This document shows, in pieces, positions 35,277 to 42,792 of a stretch of 64,000 nt of DNA. The stretch covers positions 32,001-96,000 of IMG/VR virus record IMGVR_UViG_3300031521_000012; one strand, 5' to 3'. The notes under the pieces were generated by a model. The model did no database searches. It was not told the DNA's origin and saw only the letters and a list, made by a program, of their open reading frames with translations. The first letter of the stretch is position 1; every line of letters begins with the position of its first letter. The DNA comes from a virus. The translations under genes and the position numbers were made by a program.

Positions 35277-36104
35277 TTATAGATTATCAGGAATTCTTGA
35301 CATTAGAAAATCTTTTTCTATTGTAAAAACAGGTGGCTCAACAACTAACCACTTACTACGAAGATAACTACCATTACTAATTCCATCATCATTAGCAGGT
35401 AAAGTCCAAAGAAGTTCTTGCTTTTCGATAAACCTTCCCTGTTTATACTTAATAGCGTAATCGTCCCAATTTATGCCCATTTCAAGCACCATTTCCTGCT
35501 GTTTGGTAACGTTCTTACCATTGAGTTCATTGTGACTGAAAATGCTCTGTGCAACGCTAGAAACGCTATTTCTGATAGTATCTCTTTGCCTAGCAATGAA
35601 GTAATTTGCAACTTCTGACTTAGCTGGAACAGTAAATACACGTGAATCAAATTCAGCTTGCTTTAACTTGGCTGCATCTAAGAACCATGTCCAATTAATT
35701 TGATCAGTACCATTATTATATCTTTCAACATAAAATCTATTTGTCCTTAGTTGATTGAATTTAGAAGTTGCCATGCTTGCTGAAATACTACAGATTTTTT
35801 GTATATTTCCATCAAACCAAGCATCTGTTTCAATTTTTTCAAAGTCAGTCATTAAGATTGATATTTCGTCTGACTGAACAAAAGCAAATTTAGCACCCTG
35901 TATATTTTTACATAAGTAAATTGCTGTTTCATCCATATCATTCATTAAGCCATCATCAAATGGCTTTTTTAAATTCTTACTATAAGAATGAAAGGCTTTG
36001 CCGTCTAAACGTATGATACTGAACGCTCTACGTGGAAGAAAAGACTGTGTTCTGCTTTCATAGTTCTCCTTCATTCTTGTCATTACTTGATCTTTCATAA
36101 TCAA
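35277..36104 (-). CDS. thg1: tRNA(His) guanylyltransferase / Thg1-like 3'-5' polymerase
   Basis: IIRLDGKAFH, FVQSDEISI, WFDGNIQK, FDSR, NYFIARQRD..RNS. Confidence 0.92.
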   Translation of the reverse strand: MIMKDQVMTRMKENYESRTQSFLPRRAFSIIRLDGKAFHSYSKNLKKPFDDGLMNDMDETAIYLCKNIQGAKFAFVQSDEISILMTDFEKIETDAWFDGNIQKICSISASMATSKFNQLRTNRFYVERYNNGTDQINWTWFLDAAKLKQAEFDSRVFTVPAKSEVANYFIARQRDTIRNSVSSVAQSIFSHNELNGKNVTKQQEMVLEMGINWDDYAIKYKQGRFIEKQELLWTLPANDDGISNGSYLRSKWLVVEPPVFTIEKDFLMSRIPDNL

Positions 36105-36566
36105 TTATTGTTTTATGGTTTTTAAATGTATTATCTTAGTCACGTCATTATACAGTTCGATTTCAATATCAGCTAGGTTATCCAAATAATCAAATAATGA
36201 AAATTCATTTATTTGGATTTCACTACGGAAGTCTTTGATCTTTTGCCTATTGATATATACAACCTTGCACTCCATTATTTTGTTATATATCTCGCAATTG
36301 TTTTTAAATAATTTTACATACGCAGGATTTGTTTCGTTTATCTTAACAATAACACCATTGCCATGTACCCAATATTTAAAATCGCCAAGTTCTAAAAGAT
36401 ATCTATCATAAACTAATGGTTTACCCAAAACCTTTCTTTTATCTCTATATGATATTTTTTTTGTGGTAATTTTCTTGATCATTGGAAATAAAAATCCAAC
36501 AGTTTTCTCCAGAGAACCATCGGAATTTACTTTAGATAACTTTGCAAGCATATTTTTAATTAAAAA

Positions 36567-36615
36567 TGTTGGTTATTTTCAATGATTCATTATGTTTTAT
36601 TGAAAATAACCAACA
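36567..36615 (-). terminator. 17-bp perfect hairpin after the RNA ligase (terminator or processing site)
   Basis: TGTTGGTTATTTTCAAT / ATTGAAAATAACCAACA followed by U5 on the minus strand. Confidence 0.6.
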
Positions 36616-36626
36616 GATCACTATTT

Positions 36627-38747
36627 TTATTTGAAATGTTCTTCGTTCTTTTCTTCATCGAAGAAATATTGTTTAGCTATTTCCGAAATGTATTTTGCAA
36701 CATCTTTTAATTCAAATCCAGCATCAGTGATAATATCGATATCTTCTTTAACTACATCAGTAATAACCATTTTCATGTAATCGCCCATTTTCTTTCTATC
36801 AATATATCCACCATTCAATAAGTCACAGGCTTCGGTAAGCATTTGTGATAACCTCCATGATGGCGTTACTTCGTCAGCTAATTCTCTCAATGCAGTTATT
36901 CTTTCAGTGTCAACCTCATGAATAACCTTTACTTTAGAGTTTGAGTGCTTCAAGCCTTTGGATTTGAACGTATAACGATTATCGCTATCATCATAATAAG
37001 AAAATACCAGCCCTTCCCCAACACCACTAACGCCAAAGTATTTTCCAATAGGACATTCATCTTCAACCTCTAACGTTAATTCAACTATTCTATTTTGAGC
37101 TAATTCTGGTTGATTAAAATCAACCTCGACTTCATATGTTTTAAATTGAAGTATGTTATAGATTTGTTGATCGTTAATCATTAGATGTTTGAAGTTCTCA
37201 ATGTCCTGATATGCACCATCAATTCTAACTGCAAATATGATAAACATTTTAGGTAGTTGAGCAATAGCAACACCCTTTTGTATGGAAGAATTATGTACCA
37301 ACGTATAATTTGCAAAATAATTATGATTATCCTCCACCTCTATATCATATTTTACTTTCAACCATTCGTTTACTGGAGTATAGCTTTCAATATCTAATAT
37401 ATTTGCTTCAATTATGGATTTATCGTAATCATTTAAATAATGCTTCCACCAAGTTATTTTTTCGACTTGTTGTAGGATAGTTGGTAGTTTATAATTAAAG
37501 CTGGTAATTACATATGGTGCAATTGTATATAAAAAAGATGCAGCACCTTCAACAGTAAATCTAATATCATAACTAAAATCATTATTATTTCCAGTATTAC
37601 TGATATTACAATAATAGCCATGAGAATTAAACCAGTCTTTAATCAGTTCAACATTTTTACGTCCAAATCCTTGACAATGTAAATTACATCTATATTGTCT
37701 ATTTCTTCCATTATGATTAATAATCGACCCATCATCCATATACCAAACAGCTAATGCTAGAGGACTTAACTTGTTTAAATAGTCAACAGTTACTTGTTTT
37801 GAAGTAGAATTGTTTAAATGTAGTTCATCATATAAATCGGTTATTTCTGGAAATGCTTTAGTGGAAAAAAATTTCATGTTACTTCCATGACCGCTAATAC
37901 CTGTTCGTGGTTTAGTAAAGATATTTGAAAAATTTTCCTCTATAAAATCATTATAATGCTTTTGTTTATCATCTGAATGAGATATGGTGATTATATTTTT
38001 CTGTAAAAATGAACCATCACCTAAAATAGTTCCCATTAAAAATTGTTTAATGTTATGAGCTAGAACCTTTCCATTTGTAATTAATTTATCATCACATTTC
38101 AATTCAGAAGCAAATTTTTCGAGTATTATATTATCTTCAATAACAAAAAATTTATGATTAGGAGTGGTGGTAACACCAGTGGATTTTCCACCTCTTTTTC
38201 GCCTTTGAATATTAATTTTCAGCCAATCATCTGTCTTCCCGTTATTATACCAATTAATAATTTTTTTCGGCTCAAGAATTCCGCTATCGAAATTATATGA
38301 CATTACCTCAACAGCTAATTTTTGATTAACAATTTTACCGATAGGCATTGTAGTTCCATCTGATAATAATATTGGTGTTTGGTATGAAAAACACCCAGCC
38401 CATTCTCCGTAGATAACACATGATTCGTTGAATTCGATATTATCGAAAAGCTTTTGATAATCCTTTGAAAGCATTGCTGCCATAAATCCAGCGTTATCTT
38501 GAGTAAGACTTAGTTCACGTTCTCTTGATTGAAAGGAATAATATGGAATATTTAACTCGTTGATATACTTGCAGATGGCAGAATTTGTTCCATGTGCTTT
38601 TACTGTACCTCTGAATTTTAGCTTAGGGTATGACTCTTTATGTAAATAAATTGCATCACCATTTTCATCTTTTCCTTGATAATCATGTGTAGATTTAACG
38701 TTATGAATGACATTTCTAAACTGTCCTATTTCTGTAAATTTTTTCAT
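36627..38747 (-). CDS. rnl2: Rnl2-family RNA ligase interrupted by an intein (338 aa after splicing)
   Basis: Motif I KAHGTN, QSR, motif III IYGEWAG, IQKG, FIIFAV, motif IV GEGLV, motif V FKSK. Confidence 0.85.
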   Translation of the reverse strand: MKKFTEIGQFRNVIHNVKSTHDYQGKDENGDAIYLHKESYPKLKFRGTVKAHGTNSAICKYINELNIPYYSFQSRERELSLTQDNAGFMAAMLSKDYQKLFDNIEFNESCVIYGEWAGCFSYQTPILLSDGTTMPIGKIVNQKLAVEVMSYNFDSGILEPKKIINWYNNGKTDDWLKINIQRRKRGGKSTGVTTTPNHKFFVIEDNIILEKFASELKCDDKLITNGKVLAHNIKQFLMGTILGDGSFLQKNIITISHSDDKQKHYNDFIEENFSNIFTKPRTGISGHGSNMKFFSTKAFPEITDLYDELHLNNSTSKQVTVDYLNKLSPLALAVWYMDDGSIINHNGRNRQYRCNLHCQGFGRKNVELIKDWFNSHGYYCNISNTGNNNDFSYDIRFTVEGAASFLYTIAPYVITSFNYKLPTILQQVEKITWWKHYLNDYDKSIIEANILDIESYTPVNEWLKVKYDIEVEDNHNYFANYTLVHNSSIQKGVAIAQLPKMFIIFAVRIDGAYQDIENFKHLMINDQQIYNILQFKTYEVEVDFNQPELAQNRIVELTLEVEDECPIGKYFGVSGVGEGLVFSYYDDSDNRYTFKSKGLKHSNSKVKVIHEVDTERITALRELADEVTPSWRLSQMLTEACDLLNGGYIDRKKMGDYMKMVITDVVKEDIDIITDAGFELKDVAKYISEIAKQYFFDEEKNEEHFK
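37290..38393 (-). mobile_element. intein (368 aa) with LAGLIDADG endonuclease
   Basis: Starts CFSYQTPILLSDG; TPNH block B; MGTILGDGS and LAVWYMDDGS; ends YDIEVEDNHNYFANYTLVHN followed by Ser. Confidence 0.93.
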
Positions 38748-38770
38748 AATAATTGTGTTATATTTTAATG

Positions 38771-38845
38771 TGATGAATAAAGGAATCGAACCCTTGTTCT
38801 CCCAACATCAAGTCGGTGTATCCTATCCGCTTAGACGAATTCATC
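38771..38845 (-). tRNA. tRNA-like RNA A (Glu/Gln-type body, non-canonical anticodon arm)
   Basis: Acceptor GATGAAT/ATTCATC, D loop TAAGCGGATAG, T arm AAGGG-TTCGATT-CCTTT; anticodon arm CCGAC-TTGAT-GTTGG out of register. Confidence 0.7.
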
Positions 38846-38853
38846 ATTTATTA

Positions 38854-39162
38854 TTAATCAACAATATATTGATCATCATTAATAATTTTAATTCCTTCCA
38901 ACAATTGAATACTGTTAGAATCAATAATTGCAAGAGTATGTGGATGATGATTTTCAGCTAAATATTTCATTGAGAAGCTGAATGCATCAGCAAATGTCAT
39001 TTTATTAATTTTATCCATAACAAATGCCATGAAACATGCTTCTTCTTGCTCAGCTTCTTCTGCATTTAGTGGACAAGCATCTGATCTTCTTTGCCAAAAT
39101 TCATGCAATAGATTTGGCAATTCGTTTACGTTAAGTGATGTAATATCTTTATTAGGGTTCAT
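38854..39162 (-). CDS. hypothetical protein (102 aa; start corrected to MNPNK so as not to overlap the tRNA-like RNA)
   Basis: ATG at 39162 with an A-rich leader. Confidence 0.55.
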   Translation of the reverse strand: MNPNKDITSLNVNELPNLLHEFWQRRSDACPLNAEEAEQEEACFMAFVMDKINKMTFADAFSFSMKYLAENHHPHTLAIIDSNSIQLLEGIKIINDDQYIVD

Positions 39163-39179
39163 ATGTGTTTTATTTATTT

Positions 39180-39253
39180 TGGGGGGGAGTATGGGATTCG
39201 AACCTATATTTGCTACTTTTGGCTGCTGTCCTTTCCAATTAGACGAACTCCCC
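39180..39253 (-). tRNA. tRNA-like RNA B (C discriminator, encoded CCA, 5-nt anticodon loop)
   Basis: Acceptor GGGGAGT/ACTCCCC + C + CCA; D arm GTC-TAATTGGAAAG-GAC; GCAGC-CAAAA-GTAGC; T loop TTCGAAT. Confidence 0.75.
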
Positions 39254-39261
39254 ATTGTTGT

Positions 39262-40191
39262 TTATAATATTCTCATTAGATGTAATCCTTCTTCTGCAAT
39301 TCTTATTTGTGTAATAACGTAGTTTCGAGTAAGTGAAACAAGTAATTGATCAGCGCCACGTTCTTTCCACGCAACTAACTTTTCGTTGTATTCGTTTCTC
39401 AATAACTTTAATAGATATAATTGATGATCAATTATAATATCTTCATAAATTATAAGGTGCTCGGTAGATTCTATTCTTGTATGTAAAATCAATTTATATA
39501 CCCTGTTAAAGTTACTTATAAATGTTTTAACATAGTCACGTTTAGAACTTCTTGGCATGGCTGTTATGATCTCATTTATATGATCAATAACGGCATTTTG
39601 GTTACGATTCGTCTTCATTTTCATAATGTGTATCCTTTCTTACATTTATAATTTCTTCTTTAACTTTCCGCCATGTTTCTATGTGATCAATAACTGATGT
39701 TGATAAATCACCCATTACGATTACACTATTCAAATCACTGAACGATTGAAATAGATTAATTATTTCATTAACAGCAATTAATGCATAGATTACTGAGAAT
39801 CTTTTATATCCACAAACAGAATGAAAACTTTCAATTAGTTCATCAGCCTTTTCTTTCGGTGTTAGTCCAGTAACATTTCCAATTGTTATGCTCATAATAT
39901 TTCTCTTGTTTCAATTTCTACTTTAACCTCATTCCAAAAATCAATATCTGGATTTTCGAACATTGCACATCCATATCCAGTAGCTGTAACCAATTTTGGT
40001 AGTGCATTAATTATGTGTTTAACTGCAATCAATGCGAAATTTCTTGTATCGTTAAGATGTTTAGTTCTGTCCCAATCATCGAATTTCATTCCATTAACGG
40101 AAACAATAGTACCTATCTGTGGAATTTCCATGAAAAAATCATGAATTAATTCATCAGCCATTTCTTTTACCTTCTTTTCTTGATCTGTCAT
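39262..40191 (-). CDS. three hypothetical ORFs; 39602-39895 and 39892-40191 are paralogs
   Basis: KEKADELI/KEMADELI, ALIAV and W-x-x-VK-x-EI shared. Confidence 0.65.
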
Positions 40192-40202
40192 ATTGTTTTT
40201 AA

Positions 40203-40727
40203 TTAAAAAATCATTCCAATTGTTAATCCACTACCATTACTTGAGCTAAATCCACCGAAAGTAATTGGATTGAAACTCGTTTGTGATATAAACTTGATTG
40301 ACATTCCCAAATTCGGATGCCACCCTCTATATATAACAGGCTGTTGATTATCGTTTATTCGCATAGTTGTAACATTTGTCATTCCAAACGTAGCACCAAT
40401 CATAACACAATTAGCTAAATTATAGCCTAAAAAAACATTGGTTGCTATATTATCACTTAGCTTTGGCTTGATTGGATTATGTGTAACTACACCAAACGAA
40501 CCACCATAGATAAATCCACTTTTGGTAATGTAGTTAACATCGACCTTAGTTAGATTTTCAAACAAGTGTTTATAAAATATGCCTTGTCCGATACTTACTT
40601 CAAATGCTGGTTGTTCAATAACAGTACGAAGACCATAACCACCCATAATACCTCTGCTGTTCCAATCACATTGCGCTTGCGATGTAAATGATACAAATAA
40701 TAAGATTACCAATAATAACTTTTTCAT
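40203..40727 (-). CDS. secreted, probably outer-membrane beta-strand protein
   Basis: Signal peptide ending SQA-Q; alternating Gly/aromatic strands; C-terminal Phe. Confidence 0.6.
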   Translation of the reverse strand: MKKLLLVILLFVSFTSQAQCDWNSRGIMGGYGLRTVIEQPAFEVSIGQGIFYKHLFENLTKVDVNYITKSGFIYGGSFGVVTHNPIKPKLSDNIATNVFLGYNLANCVMIGATFGMTNVTTMRINDNQQPVIYRGWHPNLGMSIKFISQTSFNPITFGGFSSSNGSGLTIGMIF

Positions 40728-40750
40728 GTTATGTGATTTTAATTTTTTAG

Positions 40751-40879
40751 TAATTGGAGCAGGACTCGAACCTACATATATCTGTAACCAACCATCCAGT
40801 CGATAAACCCGATTTAGCCCAATAGATGATTCATTTTATAGGGTTTAGTCAGGCGTGTTTACCATTCCACCATCCAATT
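40751..40879 (-). tRNA. tRNA-like RNA C (Leu-type body, 36-nt anticodon loop, long variable arm)
   Basis: Acceptor AATTGGA/TCCAATT; TG-GTG-GAATGGTAAA-CAC; stem CCTGA/TCGGG; T arm GTAGG-TTCGAGT-CCTGC. Confidence 0.75.
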
Positions 40880-40888
40880 AACAATTTA

Positions 40889-40988
40889 TGGTTTGAATTG
40901 CATCGAGTTTCAGTGTACGCTAGCTAATTACGCAATTTGTTTATACTGACTTACCTCAAGAATGCGCTTCTTGTCTGCAATTCTACCA
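40889..40988 (-). ncRNA. candidate ~100-nt multi-branch RNA
   Basis: Closing stem GAATTGCA/TGCAATTC; hairpin CAAGAA-GCGCA-TTCTTG; stem TCAGT/ACTGA; ends ...AAACCA. Confidence 0.5.
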
Positions 40989-41381
40989 CAATATTTCTTT
41001 TGCTTTTAATGCTTTTTCAATATCAACAATTAAATAATAATCAAAGATTGACATTGGATAAGTCGTTATGAATTTCATATGATATCCTGTTAATACGTTG
41101 CCCTTTACTTGCATATCACCAATGATTACTAACTGATGATTTGCTCGACCACCTTGACCAAATACAATTGGGTTGTTCCATTTTTTGATATGTGTGAAGT
41201 TGTATTTACCTTTCATTGGAACGCCAACTCTTATTGTATCACCAATATTATACGTGTGTTTTGCTTCACCAACATATGATACGTAATATCCTTTTTTAGT
41301 TAGTTCACCAAATTTGACTACTTGTGCGTTAACGCTAGATATTGCCAATAGTAATCCGATTAATAGTAATAGTTTTTTCAT
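40983..41381 (-). CDS. secreted hypothetical protein
   Basis: Signal peptide MKKLLLLIGLLLAISSVNA-Q. Confidence 0.65.
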   Translation of the reverse strand: MKKLLLLIGLLLAISSVNAQVVKFGELTKKGYYVSYVGEAKHTYNIGDTIRVGVPMKGKYNFTHIKKWNNPIVFGQGGRANHQLVIIGDMQVKGNVLTGYHMKFITTYPMSIFDYYLIVDIEKALKAKEILW

Positions 41382-41397
41382 TTTGTTTTTATTTTAG

Positions 41398-41553
41398 TAA
41401 CCGAGATAGGATTCGAACCTATATTTTATGTACACTTAAACTTCACCAGAACGCATCATCCGCCAATAAATGCTTCACATTTCGGCTAACGTGGAGAGGC
41501 TACGACCCTACTCTTCTTTCAGTGAATGCGACTACCAATTTCGCCACTCGATC
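41398..41553 (-). tRNA. tRNA-like RNA D (75-nt structured insert in the anticodon loop)
   Basis: Acceptor GATCGAG/CTCGGTT; GCG-AAATTGGTAGT-CGC; stem TTCAC/GTGAA; T arm ATAGG-TTCGAAT-CCTAT. Confidence 0.75.
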
Positions 41554-41565
41554 ATTTTATTTCTG

Positions 41566-41754
41566 TGATTGAAACTGGACTTGAACCAGTACTTTATAGA
41601 CTTTCGACTGCCTAATAAAGATTTTTCGGACTACTTGAACATGCACACTTTCTCGGCTGTTCTCTCTCGTAAAGATTATTAGTCCTTACCATTCCCGCAG
41701 AACGTTACTTGCGGTCATTTCATCCTAAGCGTTTACCAATTCCGCCATTCAATC
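41566..41754 (-). tRNA. tRNA-like RNA E (~100-nt structured insert in the anticodon loop)
   Basis: Acceptor GATTGAA/TTCAATC; GCG-GAATTGGTAAA-CGC; variable arm TAGGC/GTCTA; T arm ACTGG-TTCAAGT-CCAGT. Confidence 0.75.
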
Positions 41755-41765
41755 ATTTTATTTAG

Positions 41766-41939
41766 TGAGGATGGGTAGTCTCGAACTACCATTTTATTGC
41801 GACTCGTCAGTCACGCACCCATGTCATCCTCTTTCAGATTATGTGATCTGCATCATCACAACACCAATTGATTCACTCATGGTTTCCTTGACTCTTTCTG
41901 GCAGTCAAAGATGCTTTTTCCCATTTAAGCTACATCCCC
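41766..41939 (-). tRNA. tRNA-like RNA F (9-bp/9-nt anticodon arm, ~94-nt variable region)
   Basis: Acceptor GGGGATG/CATCCTC; TA-GCTT-AAATGGGAAA-AAGC; TCTTTGACT/AGTCAAGGA; T arm GGTAG-TTCGAGA-CTACC. Confidence 0.75.
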
Positions 41940-41951
41940 GATTATTTTTAT

Positions 41952-42132
41952 TATTGAATGGAACTGCATTTGCACCTTGCACCGATGGTCATAGGACACT
42001 CACAAAATCTCGATATAATTGTTTGCCTTTTGCTGCCATCTTACGTAGAACTCGAAACCACGATGTTATATCCATCCTTCTTGCGTAGCAATTCTTTTAC
42101 CTTGATTAGAGCATTTACAGTTCCATCCAATA
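41952..42132 (-). ncRNA. unknown 181-nt RNA closed by a 17-bp terminal helix
   Basis: TATTGGATGGAACTGTA / TGCAGTTCCATTCAATA is fully paired with two G-U on the minus strand only; inner GATATAA/TTATATC. Confidence 0.7.
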
Positions 42133-42139
42133 ATTAATA

Positions 42140-42442
42140 TTATGTAATTTTTTTATATATGTTAAATTCTTTTAATTTTCTTTCATGATAACCCTGAACT
42201 GTTCGGTCAGGATTACCTGTTTTAAGTGCGATATCGGCTTTAACTGTATTGTAAGTTTCATCATCGCATAAAACTTCTTCAGGTGTGCTATATCGCCAGT
42301 AGAGATCATACGATTCATGATTTCTCGACTCAGCAATATGCCTTTGCATATCTTCAAGAGTAAGCGAAAATATAATACCATCTGGTCTTGAACCCCAACC
42401 CGCTTCGTATTCTGTGCAATATGATAAAAACAATATGTTCAT
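42140..42442 (-). CDS. hypothetical phage protein
   Basis: 100 aa; EYEAGWGSRPDG motif; directly after a promoter. Confidence 0.7.
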   Translation of the reverse strand: MNILFLSYCTEYEAGWGSRPDGIIFSLTLEDMQRHIAESRNHESYDLYWRYSTPEEVLCDDETYNTVKADIALKTGNPDRTVQGYHERKLKEFNIYKKIT

Positions 42443-42456
42443 CTTGTTCCTTTTCT

Positions 42457-42489
42457 TATTATACGTATGAGGGTAGTTAAATGTTACAA
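42457..42489 (-). promoter_or_regulatory. phage ECF-like promoter heading the RNA array / RNA ligase unit
   Basis: TTGTAAC-N17-CGTATAATA; next copy downstream is at 34812. Confidence 0.8.
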
Positions 42490-42533
42490 AAAATCACAAT
42501 TTTTTTAATAATAATGAAAATAATTTAATTTCA

Positions 42534-42792
42534 AGTATTTATGTTAAAGTTCTTTGATATTGTTGGTTGTTGTTGGAAAACTTTAACAACATAAAATCAA
42601 AAAAGTAATATAGTTATTATATTGACAAGACATTAATAATCATTAGTGAATCAAATTAGTAGTCAATTATTAAATAACAATTAAATGCAATTCTAAAGTT
42701 TAATTACAATAGAATAGTGGGTATGGTAGTTTACCTATTAGTTATAAAACTAAAAACTAATTTAATTTAGAAACTATGAGTTAGTACTTTTG
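42534..42792 (+). ncRNA. candidate plus-strand structured RNA starting at a late motif
   Basis: AGTATTTAT at 42534; stems 42542-51/42579-88, 42601-07/42785-91, 42715-23/42732-40, 42756-64/42777-85 with G-U pairs favouring the plus strand. Confidence 0.5.

Noticed and set aside
39163-39255. N-terminal 31 aa of ORF 38854-39255
   Set aside because: It is the translated tRNA-like RNA B; the true start is probably 39162
41622-41722. Hammerhead ribozyme or group I intron in the RNA E insert
   Set aside because: Three-way topology and GAAA are present but CUGAnGA is absent; too short and lacking P7-type motifs for group I
41342-42088. Plus-strand ORFs 41342-41572 and 41765-42088 (and 38707-38961, 39029-39322)
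   Set aside because: Antisense to tRNA-like RNAs and genes, no promoter, atypical composition; shadow ORFs
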